Part shown: piece after piece, positions 52,771 through 64,000 of the stretch
Position numbering within the stretch: position 1 is the stretch's first letter
How the letters are laid out: the number at the start of each line of letters is the position of its first letter
From: Blasia pusilla
Lineage: Eukaryota
Length of the DNA: 64,000 nucleotides
Direction: 5' to 3'
Assembly: GCA_050084515.1 (NCBI GenBank)
Contig: CM114271.1
Coordinates: 36,208,001-36,272,000 of the forward strand
Notes under the pieces: model-generated
Database searches by the model: none
What the model saw: only the letters and a program-made list of their open reading frames with translations
What the model was told of the DNA's origin: nothing
Program-made: the position numbers and the translations under genes

Positions 52771-53367
52771 TTTTTTTCATGGTAGGAGTGTCAATTGCTT
52801 CAAGTTTCCAAGTGTTATAAACTAATCATCTACAATCTCTTACTCCATGACATTTCAAGAGCAAAGATCATTCATACTCCAATACATGTAGCCACCAAGG
52901 CTTTGCTAAGTGACCTATACTAAGATTTTGATGTCACATGTTTACAACATGCCAATAAAAAAATGTACGATGTTTCATGTTGCTAAGTATTCTTGACTAA
53001 ACAATATGCAATCTCTTACTATCTACATCAAACAATCAAGAACAAATATCAATCATTTGCAAGCTCTAACTTCCAAGTACACACAATGTCAACTAGCATT
53101 ATTACAAAGAAGTACACGAGAGGAAAAAGGTAGATTCACAAAGTTTAAGGAACTCCAAAATTAAAAGAGGACGACAGAAAATTAAAGCCTTTTGTCAAGA
53201 AATCAAGAGATCAACTCTTTACACAAATAAGAAACGTCTCTAAAAGAACCAACCAAAAAAGCTCATGTTACCACACCATTCCTCTTACGAGAAAAAGAAA
53301 TGAGAGTAGAGAATTTTTCTTATACCAAAAATTTATGTGTTAATGTGGGAAATATTGAGCTTGAGGA

Positions 53368-56100
53368 TGTCTCGTGGACAAGCTAACTCATGATTACCAC
53401 ACCCTTCTCATTACCCTCCTAAATTCCTAGTCGGGCGCCACATGGGGATAAGGTACTCATGCACCATGGCCCCGTGAGTGTCAAAGCCTAGATCAAAAGT
53501 GCCAAAGCCAAGACTTTGATAGTAGTGAACAAGAAGATGCGAGTATCTATATTGCTTCCAAAAGAAAAAACTAATAAACCTAGATATTCTGGACATGCTA
53601 AACCTTTTCCTTGCACCTCCAACCCCTCTTCCACTCTCCGCCTATCCCTATCCCTATCCCCCATTACCAATTACTCTAATTTGTCACCCATCACAACTCA
53701 TTTCACAACACCATAGTTCTCACATGTGCGCACTCTCACATGTTTCTCTAAATGTCAAACCAAACCCAGTCTCCTAATGAGAGGCTTGGATTACACACAC
53801 AAGGCAAGCAAGACCATAGCTCTGTCGCCTTATGCCAAGAGGTTCAACAAAGAGAGAATGAGCTTTCAAGCTCTCTCTCCTTGAAGTATACCCCTCCCCT
53901 CTCCCAAGCTCTCTCCATGGTAACTTATGCTCCCAAGTCACCTCCTTGGCTCTTGACCTGATGTAGGAGGTCAAAGTCCACTTACCAAAAATAGAAAATC
54001 GACCATATACTCAAAATGGTACTTACCTAAAATAGTAAGTTCCTCAATATGGCTCCAAATGAGCCAAAACGAAGGGGAAACCTGCTCTCTCAAGTTTCCC
54101 AGGACCTCAGCAGGTCATCCTCAACCTACTGAGCATGTCCTCCACTACTCACAAAGGCACTCTACTAGATCTCACCGATCTATCCTAAAAGACGTGACAG
54201 ATCTCCTCGGATCTCATCACCTACCATTGCCAATATTGTCTAGATACGCACGAGACTAACAAGTATAATAGACATGACTTATTGCAACCGTATCCGAGGT
54301 TGCTTAGCTACTCCCAAGCTAAGAATCCATGTCAAGAAGTTCAAGTCCAGTGCCTAACCCAAGACATGACATCGAGAAGCCTATGATAGTAATAATATTT
54401 TTGTTACTCCCGTGAGGAATCCCATCACACCCTAAATGCCCTCCCTCATCAATGTTGGGCTCCATCAACCATTGTGCCTAGTCATCCCAAACCAAGCCAA
54501 AATTGGCCTCCTTATATACATAGGAAGCGAGGAAATTCACAAAGGTGTGAAAGGCTGTCCGTGGCATGTCAACCCTGTTGATCACTATCAATAGAGGTCC
54601 ATCATTGTGCCTTATTGCTTCTGATGGAGGTCCACAATCCAGAATGGAATCCATCAAAAAATTGGAGGGACATTGCATTCTTGCATACATCCTCCTCAAA
54701 ACCTTATGTGGCACTAAGTCAGTCCACCACAAACGGGGACAGTGTACTTATGAACCTACACTTGCCATATTAAAAAAACACTGTTGGGTTTATCTATGCA
54801 CCAACCTCATATATACTTGTCACAACTTGTACCCAAAAATCATCCAAGATTAGTACATTCTCCATAATGTAAGTTGGAGAATAGGATTGATGTTCTCTTG
54901 CAAGTTTTGCAAGATCCTCATCATCTCCCAAAATAACATAGACCTATAGAGTCAACTAAACTATCACCTCGTCTAGCACTCAACTACTTCACAAGGCCAA
55001 ATTTCTTCGACCAAATCAATGATCCGCATTGATCCAAATCCTATGCCCCCAAATACAATAAGGAAATGTTCCTCGATAAGGAACTATAGTAACCTTGTAT
55101 GGCCAACGTGGGTAACAAGTTGGGAAAAAGAAGGCACAAGTGCTCCAAAAATTGGAGTGAGACATGCCTCGTAACCTCATCACGCTCCATAGAGAAATCC
55201 CAATGGGCACTCACTCCTACATACAATATAGCGACCAAACTAGTGCTGATCCCTCCAAAGAGAGATTGATGTATCCATCTATTGTCTTGCTATACTGCAG
55301 CTAACCTCCATGTCGATCCCTCCAAAGAGATCTTACACTCTCGCACCCTTCTCTAGACGTTTCCATATAATAAGTGTGGTATCCTAGGATATCAAGTCCC
55401 CACTCTAAGAGCAAAATTTTCACTTGACTTTATTTGCTCTGGTGACTCCACGCTTGCCTCACGAGCTTGTCTATACTTCTTTGCATGTCAATGCTCATAT
55501 GCTCAATGTTGAAGTGGTCTCTGCACCATGGGAATAGTTACCCACATGGCAACGATTGATGGCATGTGCGTCTCCATGGGGGATGCCCGTGCGGGCCAAC
55601 CGCGGGCCCCAAGGATACCTTCTATGGGCCTTGCGGGTTGGGTGCGAGCTTGGAACCCCCAATGCGGGCCTATCTCAAGCCCTCTACAAGCCACTGCGGG
55701 ATGGATACAAGCCTACATGGACTTAGTGTAGACCTGACTAGCCCTTATATACCACACACCCGTTCGATCTGTGCCCACACTCGTTCCCGTATCTCGAGCC
55801 CATGAGGGCGATTCAGGTACCAAAATTAAAAAACTTGGGCGGAGGACTCGTTGGGCATGCATCCCATGGATGGAAAAGTCCATTTTCATGAAACCTTGCA
55901 TGCATATGGCATGTCTCTCCATAGGAGTATCGCCTATCCACTATCGACATGTCCTCTTTATATGTGCTCCCCTCTAGAAACTTCCTTACTAGCTACTCAG
56001 TACCTATGAATATTGCCAACGTGGTCACGACATCACTTCGTGAACTGCCACCACGCCCTACAAACCACATATGTAAATGGCTCACTTATCCATGACCTAA
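53368..56100 (-). mobile_element. 3' portion of a retrotransposon-like element carrying a C5 cytosine methyltransferase domain; boundaries approximate
   Basis: Intronless methyltransferase remnant followed by the multi-copy LTR-like repeat (54035-53690) and a candidate ...GAGACA end at 53368. Confidence 0.6.
54279..55270 (-). pseudogene. C5 DNA cytosine methyltransferase domain (DNMT3-like), complete motif set, disrupted by stops and frameshifts
   Basis: Motif I LFGGISTSL (55262-55236); II MERD; IV IDLVEEIWPCE (WPC 54999-54991); V RSMLFWEMMRIL; VI TYIMENV (ENV 54862-54854); VIII ASVGS*VHCPRLWWTDL; IX EPNIDE...MGFLTGVT; X VLG*ALDLN (54362-54339). Order and spacing are canonical. Confidence 0.88.
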
Positions 56101-56299
56101 CCGCCATCCTAGTCAATAAGCAACCATTTTCTCTCAGAAATTGAGGATAAAACCAAGTGGATGGGCTACAACTTCGAACTACTTACCAACACATCATAAG
56201 ACTTTGACGGTGTTGTAATTGCATGAGTGCATACCATTGCACCCTCTAAGAACTCTAATTTAAGTGTAACAACTACCTTTTGTTGAGTCATGAACTGTA

Positions 56300-57050
56300 T
56301 GGGTGACATGGCCTCAATAGAGGTCTATATGTGAAAAAAACATTTTTGCAAGTGGAAGTACCAATAAAATTCGAAAGGTGACTGTGATTGGAGTTATTAG
56401 CGTAATGAGCATTCTTTAACATATGAGACAACAGGTACTATGGGAAGTGTGAAAAAGCATCCATATGAGGCGAGACTAAACATTGATCATCCCATAAAGA
56501 ATTTTCCCAATCTGGAATCCCGATGTATGGCCTAGAGTTGGATGCAAAATGGATGAAAATGTTCCTAGCATGAAGGTCAGTGTAAAGAACCCCACGCTTG
56601 TGGATAGTCTGCATGGTAATAAGTAGAGTAACCACAAGTTGGATGATATTTGATGCCATTGCAAGACATCTGATCTTCTGCAACTCTCCTAAACTTGGCC
56701 CTCCGTTCAAGGTATGGCATGCTTGCATCCAATTTTCAAGATGCCCACCATTCTACTATGGATAGATGGCACGCGGTGGATTTTCAATCATTCTTCCCAC
56801 TATGAGAACCATCCCTCAATGTAAAATAGTTGCAAACATCTCTTCATGCATCATTGATTATCTTGAATATAACCAAGATGCTTCCTTAAACACCTTCACG
56901 CAATAGTAAATATCTTCACTAAATCCAAGGGTTTGGTTTACTTTAAAACGATACATGGTTCCGAATAAAACTGAGCCTAAAGTATCCTCAAGATCATGTC
57001 CTAGTACTACATCCTTCTTAAAAATCCACATATATCCATGTGGCACTACC
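56300..57050 (-). pseudogene. Decayed intronless protein kinase domain
   Basis: LGSVLFGTMY (Gly loop), YYCVKVFK (VAIK), NGGHL, IHKRGVLYTDLHARNIF (catalytic loop), IGIPDW (DFG equivalent); internal stops. Confidence 0.75.
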
Positions 57051-57649
57051 TATATCGTCCCCACCAAACTATCACATCACTTAAAAAGAGGTTGAGCATT
57101 TTTTTATTCTACACTAAATATTTCTAGTAGAGTTGTCTCTGCAATAGTGGGCTTCTCCTTCTTATACGTCTTAAGATCCATATACGCTCTCTCCAAGTAA
57201 ATACCTTGTTGGGCACCAAATGCACTTAACCTCTCCGCCTCTTTGGTGTAGAAAACTGCTAAAGAAGCATAACTGGTGGGAAACGGCCCTCACACTCACA
57301 CCACCGTGGAGAACGAAATTTTACAATGAGAGAATGAGTGGAGGTTGGTCCCTTTCTCAATTATATAGGGTATGTACAAGCAACCCTAATCCTAATCTTA
57401 ACCATAATCTCAAGTTAGACTTAGTGTGATTAACTAACCCTAGTTAAGATAATCACGATTAACTGACTAACCAAGATTAAGATTCCCTACTTTATGTGAG
57501 AACCAAATGTAGCAGTTCAGGTGTTTCATGAGTTTGATTGTAATTCAATCTTCAATACTCCCCCTCAAGCTCATATCGATATCTCTAACACCTAAATTAT
57601 TTCTAAATATCTCAAACTTATCTCTAGAAAAACTTTTTTAAAGATGTCA

Positions 57650-58834
57650 TGTGATACCCACAATTTTGTACTCTTGAAGAATATATCTTTTTATTCAACA
57701 AAGACTCTTGTATATTCTGATTTTGATTATGATTATTTATTATTATGAAGAAGAATGAGTGAATCACGAAGCTCCTGGGACAAGGCAGAGAGATGGAAGA
57801 TCAAGGATTTGCCTTAGAGGAGAGGAAAACGCAATAACGAAGCTCAACGAAGATGTACGAAGCTCTGTCTTTGAAGTGCTTCGCTACATAACGAAGCATC
57901 ACGAAGAAAAGAAGAAAGAAGTACTTCGCTCTTGTACGAAGTACGAAGCACGAAGCACAGGAAGTAAGAACGAAGCATGGAGTACTTCGTCCTCATGAAG
58001 TCCAGCGAAGCGAAGCTAAGAAGGACTGTGATTTCAAGCGACACATGTTAGAACAGTTAAACTAGGAAAGGGCGCGACCCTTTGTATCAAATTGGTAGTT
58101 AGAACAGTTTTGTACCGCGGATTCACAGGGATCGTAGGAAAAGCTAAGAGAACCATTGACCTAGGTAGTTAGAAATAGTGAAGAGACACTAGCTTCATCA
58201 AGAACGTTTCGAATCTTTCGATCACTTCCACTCCAGCGAATATTTAAGAAGCAAAGCAGAAGCCATAATCATCATTCTCTTACGAAGTCCTTATGTTGTA
58301 GGAATGGTCCGAGCAAGAGAGTAGTACCCTCTCGAGCTTGTATACACTTTGAAGCTTTCTTGTTCTTGATGGAGTAGTAAAGCAATCATTCATTCATTCT
58401 GATGTGCGATGCTTATGTCTGAGTATTCTTTTTGGGTCTGCAGAATGAAGAGTGAATCAGACGAACCTTTCTCATCGGTGAAATAATCAACATGAATTGT
58501 AGGAAATCTGTTTGAGAGAGAGTAGCCTGCCGAGACGGATTGAGTTCCGAAAGTAGGAGAAGTCAGCTTTTGTGTTGAGGTCTCTGTGAGGTTTCTTGAT
58601 GTCAAGAGGAAAATCTACCTAAACATGCTGTCAATTCCACTAGAGAGAATCGAGAAAAGATCCTTTGGTATTAAGAAAGATCAATTGATAAGACATTGAA
58701 TATAATTCATCCACATTTAAATACAATTATTACAACAGAATTGTAATTCCGAACACTCTTTTCATCAAAAAATGATCCTCTTGGGGATCGAACTTATTAA
58801 AACGACTATAAACTAGAAACACTTGTACATTACA
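57650..58834. mobile_element. Solo LTR (1185 bp) inserted in the copia RNase H
   Basis: TGTGAT...ATTACA termini; perfect 5-bp TSD TGTCA (57645-57649 and 58835-58839); removing it rejoins the copia sequence. Confidence 0.9.
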
Positions 58835-58896
58835 TGTCATCAATTTGCTGATCTCTACCTATATACACAAGATCAATTTCTCCTGCAAGTACTTTC

Positions 58897-59915
58897 TGTC
58901 GTGCGCCTACTCTCCTTGAAAACATTAATCTTTGTTGTAGCGGAAGCGTGCGTTCAGTAGGTCATGCTCTCAACGTTGATCTGCATCGAAACACGCACTC
59001 TGGTTAGTCAGAGCTGGATCAATCAGCGGGCTAACTTTCCGAGTTCTTGTCTTGGTCTCTCATCAAGCTCAACCTTCCTAGTTTGGCAGTTTACAACACA
59101 TACAAGTCTTGAAAGACTTAGGACAGACTTTCTGGTCGGTTTAAGAACCTCAAACGGCGTTTCGCGCCTGGCGGTTTTAATTTTCCGATGGACATCCAAT
59201 TAGTCCCTAATCGAGACTCACACAAAATGAATCACAGGTCAGAATCCAAGTGTGGCATACAAAGTCCACTCCCTTGGATGAGGTTTGGGTTTCGAGTTCC
59301 AACGCGAAACTCCCGTTCCATCCCGTGCCCTTGAGACGCCGTTTGGTACTCAGAGTGGGGTTCGTGTTCCAAGAGAGACTCTCCCTTATGAGTACTTCTG
59401 GGGATCTCCGGGTCTCCCTAACTTTAGGGAAAGACAGTCGGGCCCCTCAAATTGGCCCTCAATCCGATTGCTCTCACAGTCATTTTCGGCCAATATCTCA
59501 CTCTGTACTCATGCGTTTTCTGAGATCTTTGGTGCATTGGAAGCGTCTCAAGATAAGCTTTCCAACCTGCCCTTATTTTTTTTAACGCATCTTGAGGCTA
59601 AACATTATGTTCCGAAACAAAATCAACTTCCCCAAACGCTAGTCGTGTTCCAAAATTGGTTCTCACCTCTTTGGCAACCAACCTTCCAAGACTCAACTCA
59701 TCTCAAGTCTTGCTTCGCATTTGATCTAGGTTTCCTGGTCGCGACCACTAACGCATGAAACGCACAACTTTGTTCTGCGTTTCATCTCTTGGACTTTTCC
59801 AAGAGACCTTCCCAAAGCCTCTCCAAAGCGCGATCATCGCATCGTGAGTCCACTTGAGTTCTGATGTTTTGCTTGGTGCCTATTTGGTTTTTGTTTGGTT
59901 ATAAGGGTCGCAACA
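58897..59915. mobile_element. Solo LTR (1019 bp) inserted in the copia RNase H
   Basis: TGTCG...CAACA termini; perfect 5-bp TSD CTTTC (58892-58896 and 59916-59920); removing it restores FFREKVLAGEIDLVY. Confidence 0.9.
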
Positions 59916-62900
59916 CTTTCTCTCTGAAGAAATGATAGTGTACCTCAACATGCTTTGTACGAGCATGAAACATAGGGTTATTATCAAGTTTGATGCTACT
60001 AATATTGTCTGCATATATTATACTAGGTCCTAAGTTACTAACACCAATCTCAACAAGTAATCGATGAAGCCACAACGCCTCACATGCTGCATTGATTGCT
60101 CCTCTGTTTTCAACCTCTGTTGAAGATAAAGCAATTTTAGGTTGCTTCTTTGAAGCCCAACTTATAACTACGCTTTCAAAGTAAATGAATAACTAGATGT
60201 GGAGTGTCGATCAGACACGCTTCCTGCCCAATCAGCATCTATGAATCCTTATAATTGTAAACTCACATAAAGTTCAAATTGAAGCCCGAATTGAAGAGAA
60301 TTTCACATACCGCAAAATCCTCCTCACAGCATCAAGGTAAGGTTTTCAAGGTGCTTGCATAAATTGGCTCACAAGGCCAACTACATAGCTCAAATCTGGC
60401 CTGGTTATAGTCAGATAGATCAAACTTCAAACCATGAGCTTGTACATATTAGAATCTGCAAGCAACTCTCATTCATCCACTCTTAGCTTCACACTCTGGT
60501 CCAACGGTATAGAGATTGGCTTACAAGCCGTCATACCATATTTTGAAAGCATGTGAAGAGCATATTATCGTTGTAGTAACCACATGCTCTCTCCAACCTT
60601 GATAAACTCAACACCAAGGAAGTACTTGAGTTCTCCCAAGTCCTTCATATCAAATTATGCTTGTAATTTTAGCTTGACTTGTTGTACTATATCCTCAGTA
60701 CTCCCAGTAATCAAGATATTGTCAACATACAACACAATGATATCCGTATGATCTTTTCCTCTCAAGACATATAATGAGGAGTCAGAATCACATACCCTTA
60801 CATCCAACTCTTGTAGGACGTATGTAATCTTGCAATACCAAGCTCTTGGAGCTTCTTTGAGCCCGTATAGAGATTTCTTCAACCTGCATACGCGAAATGG
60901 AAACTCGGGAAGCTCATATCCAGTTGATTGAGTCATATAAAACTCCTCATATAGATCTCCATTCAAGAAGGCATTCTTGACGTCCATGTAAAGTAATCTC
61001 CACTTTTTACTTACTACAACTGCAACCATTGTTCTCATAGTCGCCATCTTTGTAATAGGGCTAAATATTTCCTCATAATCGATGCCATATTATTGTGCAT
61101 AGCCCTTAGCCACCAATCTTGCTTTGTACCTGTTAACTGCACCATCTAAATTGCGCTTGATTTTGTAAACCTATTTACAACCAATAGCTTCCTTACCGGA
61201 AGGTATATCAACCATCTCCTAGGTCTGTTGATGTCTTAATACAACAAGCTCTTCCTCCACAACTTCAATCCATTCAACTTTCCTTGCGACACATCATATA
61301 TGCATGTTATGTCGCAAGAAAACCTTCATTTATGAATCTATGAATAGGATGTGTGACTCGATTTGATCTAAAAAGTTATTGTTCAAAGATAGATGCCTCT
61401 CACACTTGACTCGAGCTCTAACTAGTGTCAACACACTGAATATGTACTCTTCTTGTCCATGAACTCATACATTTAACTGAAGAATCTATGACCTCTCCTA
61501 ATCCTATACTAGTGCTTAGAGAATCTGAAGGCAATATCTGTTGGTTTACAATCATATTCTCTCCCTCAATAGACGAGTTTAGATATGGAATAGGCTCAGA
61601 TGGAGCATACCATGACTTTAGTTTATGAAAGATAATATCGCGACTAATAATAAGCTACTTAGAGGATGGAATTTAGCACTTATATCCCTTAGTTCCATCA
61701 GCGTAGCCAATGAATAAACATCGTAGGAAATTCACTTGACGTTGGATGCCATTCTGACGTAAATAGTCATCAAACTCTGTTGAAAGATATTCTCCTCCTC
61801 CATAACAACGCAATTTCAGAATATGTTCTCCAGTCTGCTTCTCTACTAGAACTCTTAATGTTTGGAACACTGAGAATACCTCTGACTTGGCTTTCACAAA
61901 GTATACCCATATCTAGAGAAGTCATCAATAAATGAAACAAAGTATTGGCAACCACTAAGGCTATGTTGTGATGTTGTCTATACATCATTGTGGATTAACT
62001 CCAATATCTTGGATGATCTTCTATCTTGCTTTTGAAAAGAAAATCTAACTTGTTTTCCAAATTGGCAGCAGGACATACCTCTAATGTAGCAGGGCTCGCT
62101 AATTTAGGAAGTCATATTACTATATTAGATGATAAAAGACTATGTAATCTTTGAAGATTCATATGTCTAATTCTCTTATGCCAGACATTTAGATCTGTGA
62201 CTTGTTGGTCGGTTAGACCATACATTGCTGTTTGAATCTCTAGCATAGAAACATCTAATTTGAACATTGTGCCAGATCTAGTTCCTTTGGCTATCGCAGT
62301 CTGGTCATCCATTGTTTTAATGAAACAACCATCTATGTTAAACTTCACTTGATAACCCTGTTCTTCTATTTGTTCTACAGAGATCAAGTTTCTTGCAATG
62401 GTAGGAACATAGAGAACATTTCCAAGAGCACAAAGACCATCTGATGCTATTGGAACTTTACTGGTATGCGTGATATGATGGTGAGTGTCATCTCTTGTGA
62501 GCACAATTGCAGGATCTTTCTCTAGCTCCATACTACTCAACCATTTAGCTTGAAAGGTCATGTGATTTGATGCACCACAGTCAATATACCAATTTGTTTT
62601 CGAGTCTTTCTTGACCATTGCTCCCATATGATAAGTCATCACCAAGAGATACTCAGTTTGTGAATGTTGTTGTTCTTGGTACTGTCCTTGGTGTTGTTGC
62701 TCCACATAGTTTTTTTGTTGTAAGGCTCATATTCTCATATCTGCCTTCTTCTTGAAGCAAAATTTTGCATAGTGATCCTTTATCCCATAGTATTTGTAAG
62801 ATCCAAGGACTCTCTGTTGTTGACCTTGATCCCAATGGTTTCCACCATGACCACCTTGTGATTGTGTCTGGTACTGATTCGTAGTTGATTGAGTGACATT

Positions 62901-64000
62901 GTATTGAGTGCCTCTTCCTCCATATCTTTGATATCCATCACGACCACCAAAGCTTCTACCACGACCCCTACCTCTATTTGATCCACAACCTGCAAATAGC
63001 GCATTCTCTTGTAGGCTAGACAAGCTACCACTGCCTACTAGGCACATCTCTTCACTGATTAATAGTGGGACTTACTCTTGAAAGATTGGATACTTCTCTC
63101 TCAAATAAATAGAGGTCTCAAAGGATTTATAATCCTTTGGAAGGCCTTAAAGAGTGAAAAAAATCATATCATCATCTTCCATTATCACTCCAATGCTATT
63201 CAATTGATCAACAATATGTCAGATGCTCAAAATATAATCATTGATGCTCTACGATCCTTTCCTCACTTCGTTCAATTATTGTTTCATTTGAAGATTTTAG
63301 CCTTCTTAGATCTCTGGAACAGCTTTTCCAATGCATCCGAGGCTTCTTTTGGAGTATCAAAATCTTGAATATAACCTATCATTGGTGAACTCATCGTTAT
63401 TGAAATGTAGTGGATTACTTGCCTTGCACGTTTGTTCCAAGCGCGAACATTCAAGTTTGTTGAGTGACCTTCTAGCTTGGCCTCATCTCCTGTGACAAGC
63501 TCCCATAGTTCTTGACCCATGCAAAATTTTTTCAAACAAAACTTCTAAACATTGTAATTCTGCTTATCTAGCTTCTCGCTTTTGATTGTTGTTGAGGAAC
63601 ACTCCAAAACAAACGATTTCACTCACAAAAACGTAATTTCAGATTCCCCACTGCTCCAATTGAAGCATAGACCGCACCTACATAGAAATCGACCTAAAAT
63701 TTGCCAAAATTGATCAATTGTATGAAAGAACTAGTCGACATTGGCCCATAGAGAGCAAACTGCACAACTTTTCTTCACTAATTGCACTTTCTTACAGTGA
63801 AACTACTACTGCATGAACTCAGAATGTCATAATCAAGCGATTTTGGATACGTTGGAAAGCTCTCGACGAGCTCTAGAAGATGGATTTTAAAGACTTTGAC
63901 ATCATTTTGACATATACGGACCCAAATGGCTAAATCGACCGGGAAAGCCCTCAAAAATGCCTCCAAAGTTTTATCATCGTCAAGGCTCCACCTAAAATCT

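Larger units (their letters stand above)
57207..64000 (-). mobile_element. Ty1/copia LTR retrotransposon, degenerate; 5' LTR lies outside the window
   Basis: Minus-strand order: gag (~63600-63000), Zn knuckle, protease WYIDCGASNHMT, GAG-pre-integrase WHKRIRHMN, integrase (internally deleted), RT (MDVKNAFLNG, LYVDNILI), RNase H (DADWAG, KHVEVHYHFFREKV), PPT TTGAGGGGGAG at 57568-57558, and a 3' LTR at ~57557-57207. Confidence 0.93.

Noticed and set aside
54279-55270. Interpretation of the methyltransferase as a bacterial restriction-modification gene or contamination
   Set aside because: It is decayed like the surrounding TEs, contiguous with a multi-copy plant repeat, and no operon or restriction enzyme is present.
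57759-58044. ORFs and ACGAAG repeats inside 57650-58834
   Set aside because: They lie within a TSD-flanked solo LTR; low-complexity LTR repeats, not genes.

Overview
Repeat-dense eukaryotic nuclear DNA, most likely from a non-flowering land plant. The TE families and gene style look bryophyte-like, which is an inference. Two intact host genes are supported: a 3-exon nuclear gene for organellar ribosomal protein S16 (23642-24590, +) and a 4-exon family-1 UDP-glycosyltransferase (38948-36824, -). The rest is mostly nested, decayed transposons: the right part of a CACTA element interrupted by a gypsy-like gag/LTR, a Helitron Rep-Hel pseudogene, a hAT transposase, two CRE/R2-type non-LTR 3' fragments, several solo LTRs, and a Ty1/copia element carrying two solo LTRs with perfect target-site duplications. 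The most notable observation is not visible in the ORF track. At 55270-54279 (-), translation across stops and frameshifts yields a complete but decayed C5 DNA cytosine methyltransferase domain (motifs I, IV, VI, VIII, IX, X). It is intronless and followed by an LTR-like repeat found three times in the window, which points to a retrotransposon family carrying its own DNA methyltransferase. Also seen: a template-switch inversion in the CACTA gene, a MIRNA-like hairpin, several long perfect palindromes and a decayed kinase. All identifications come from manual translation and motif recognition; no searches were run.
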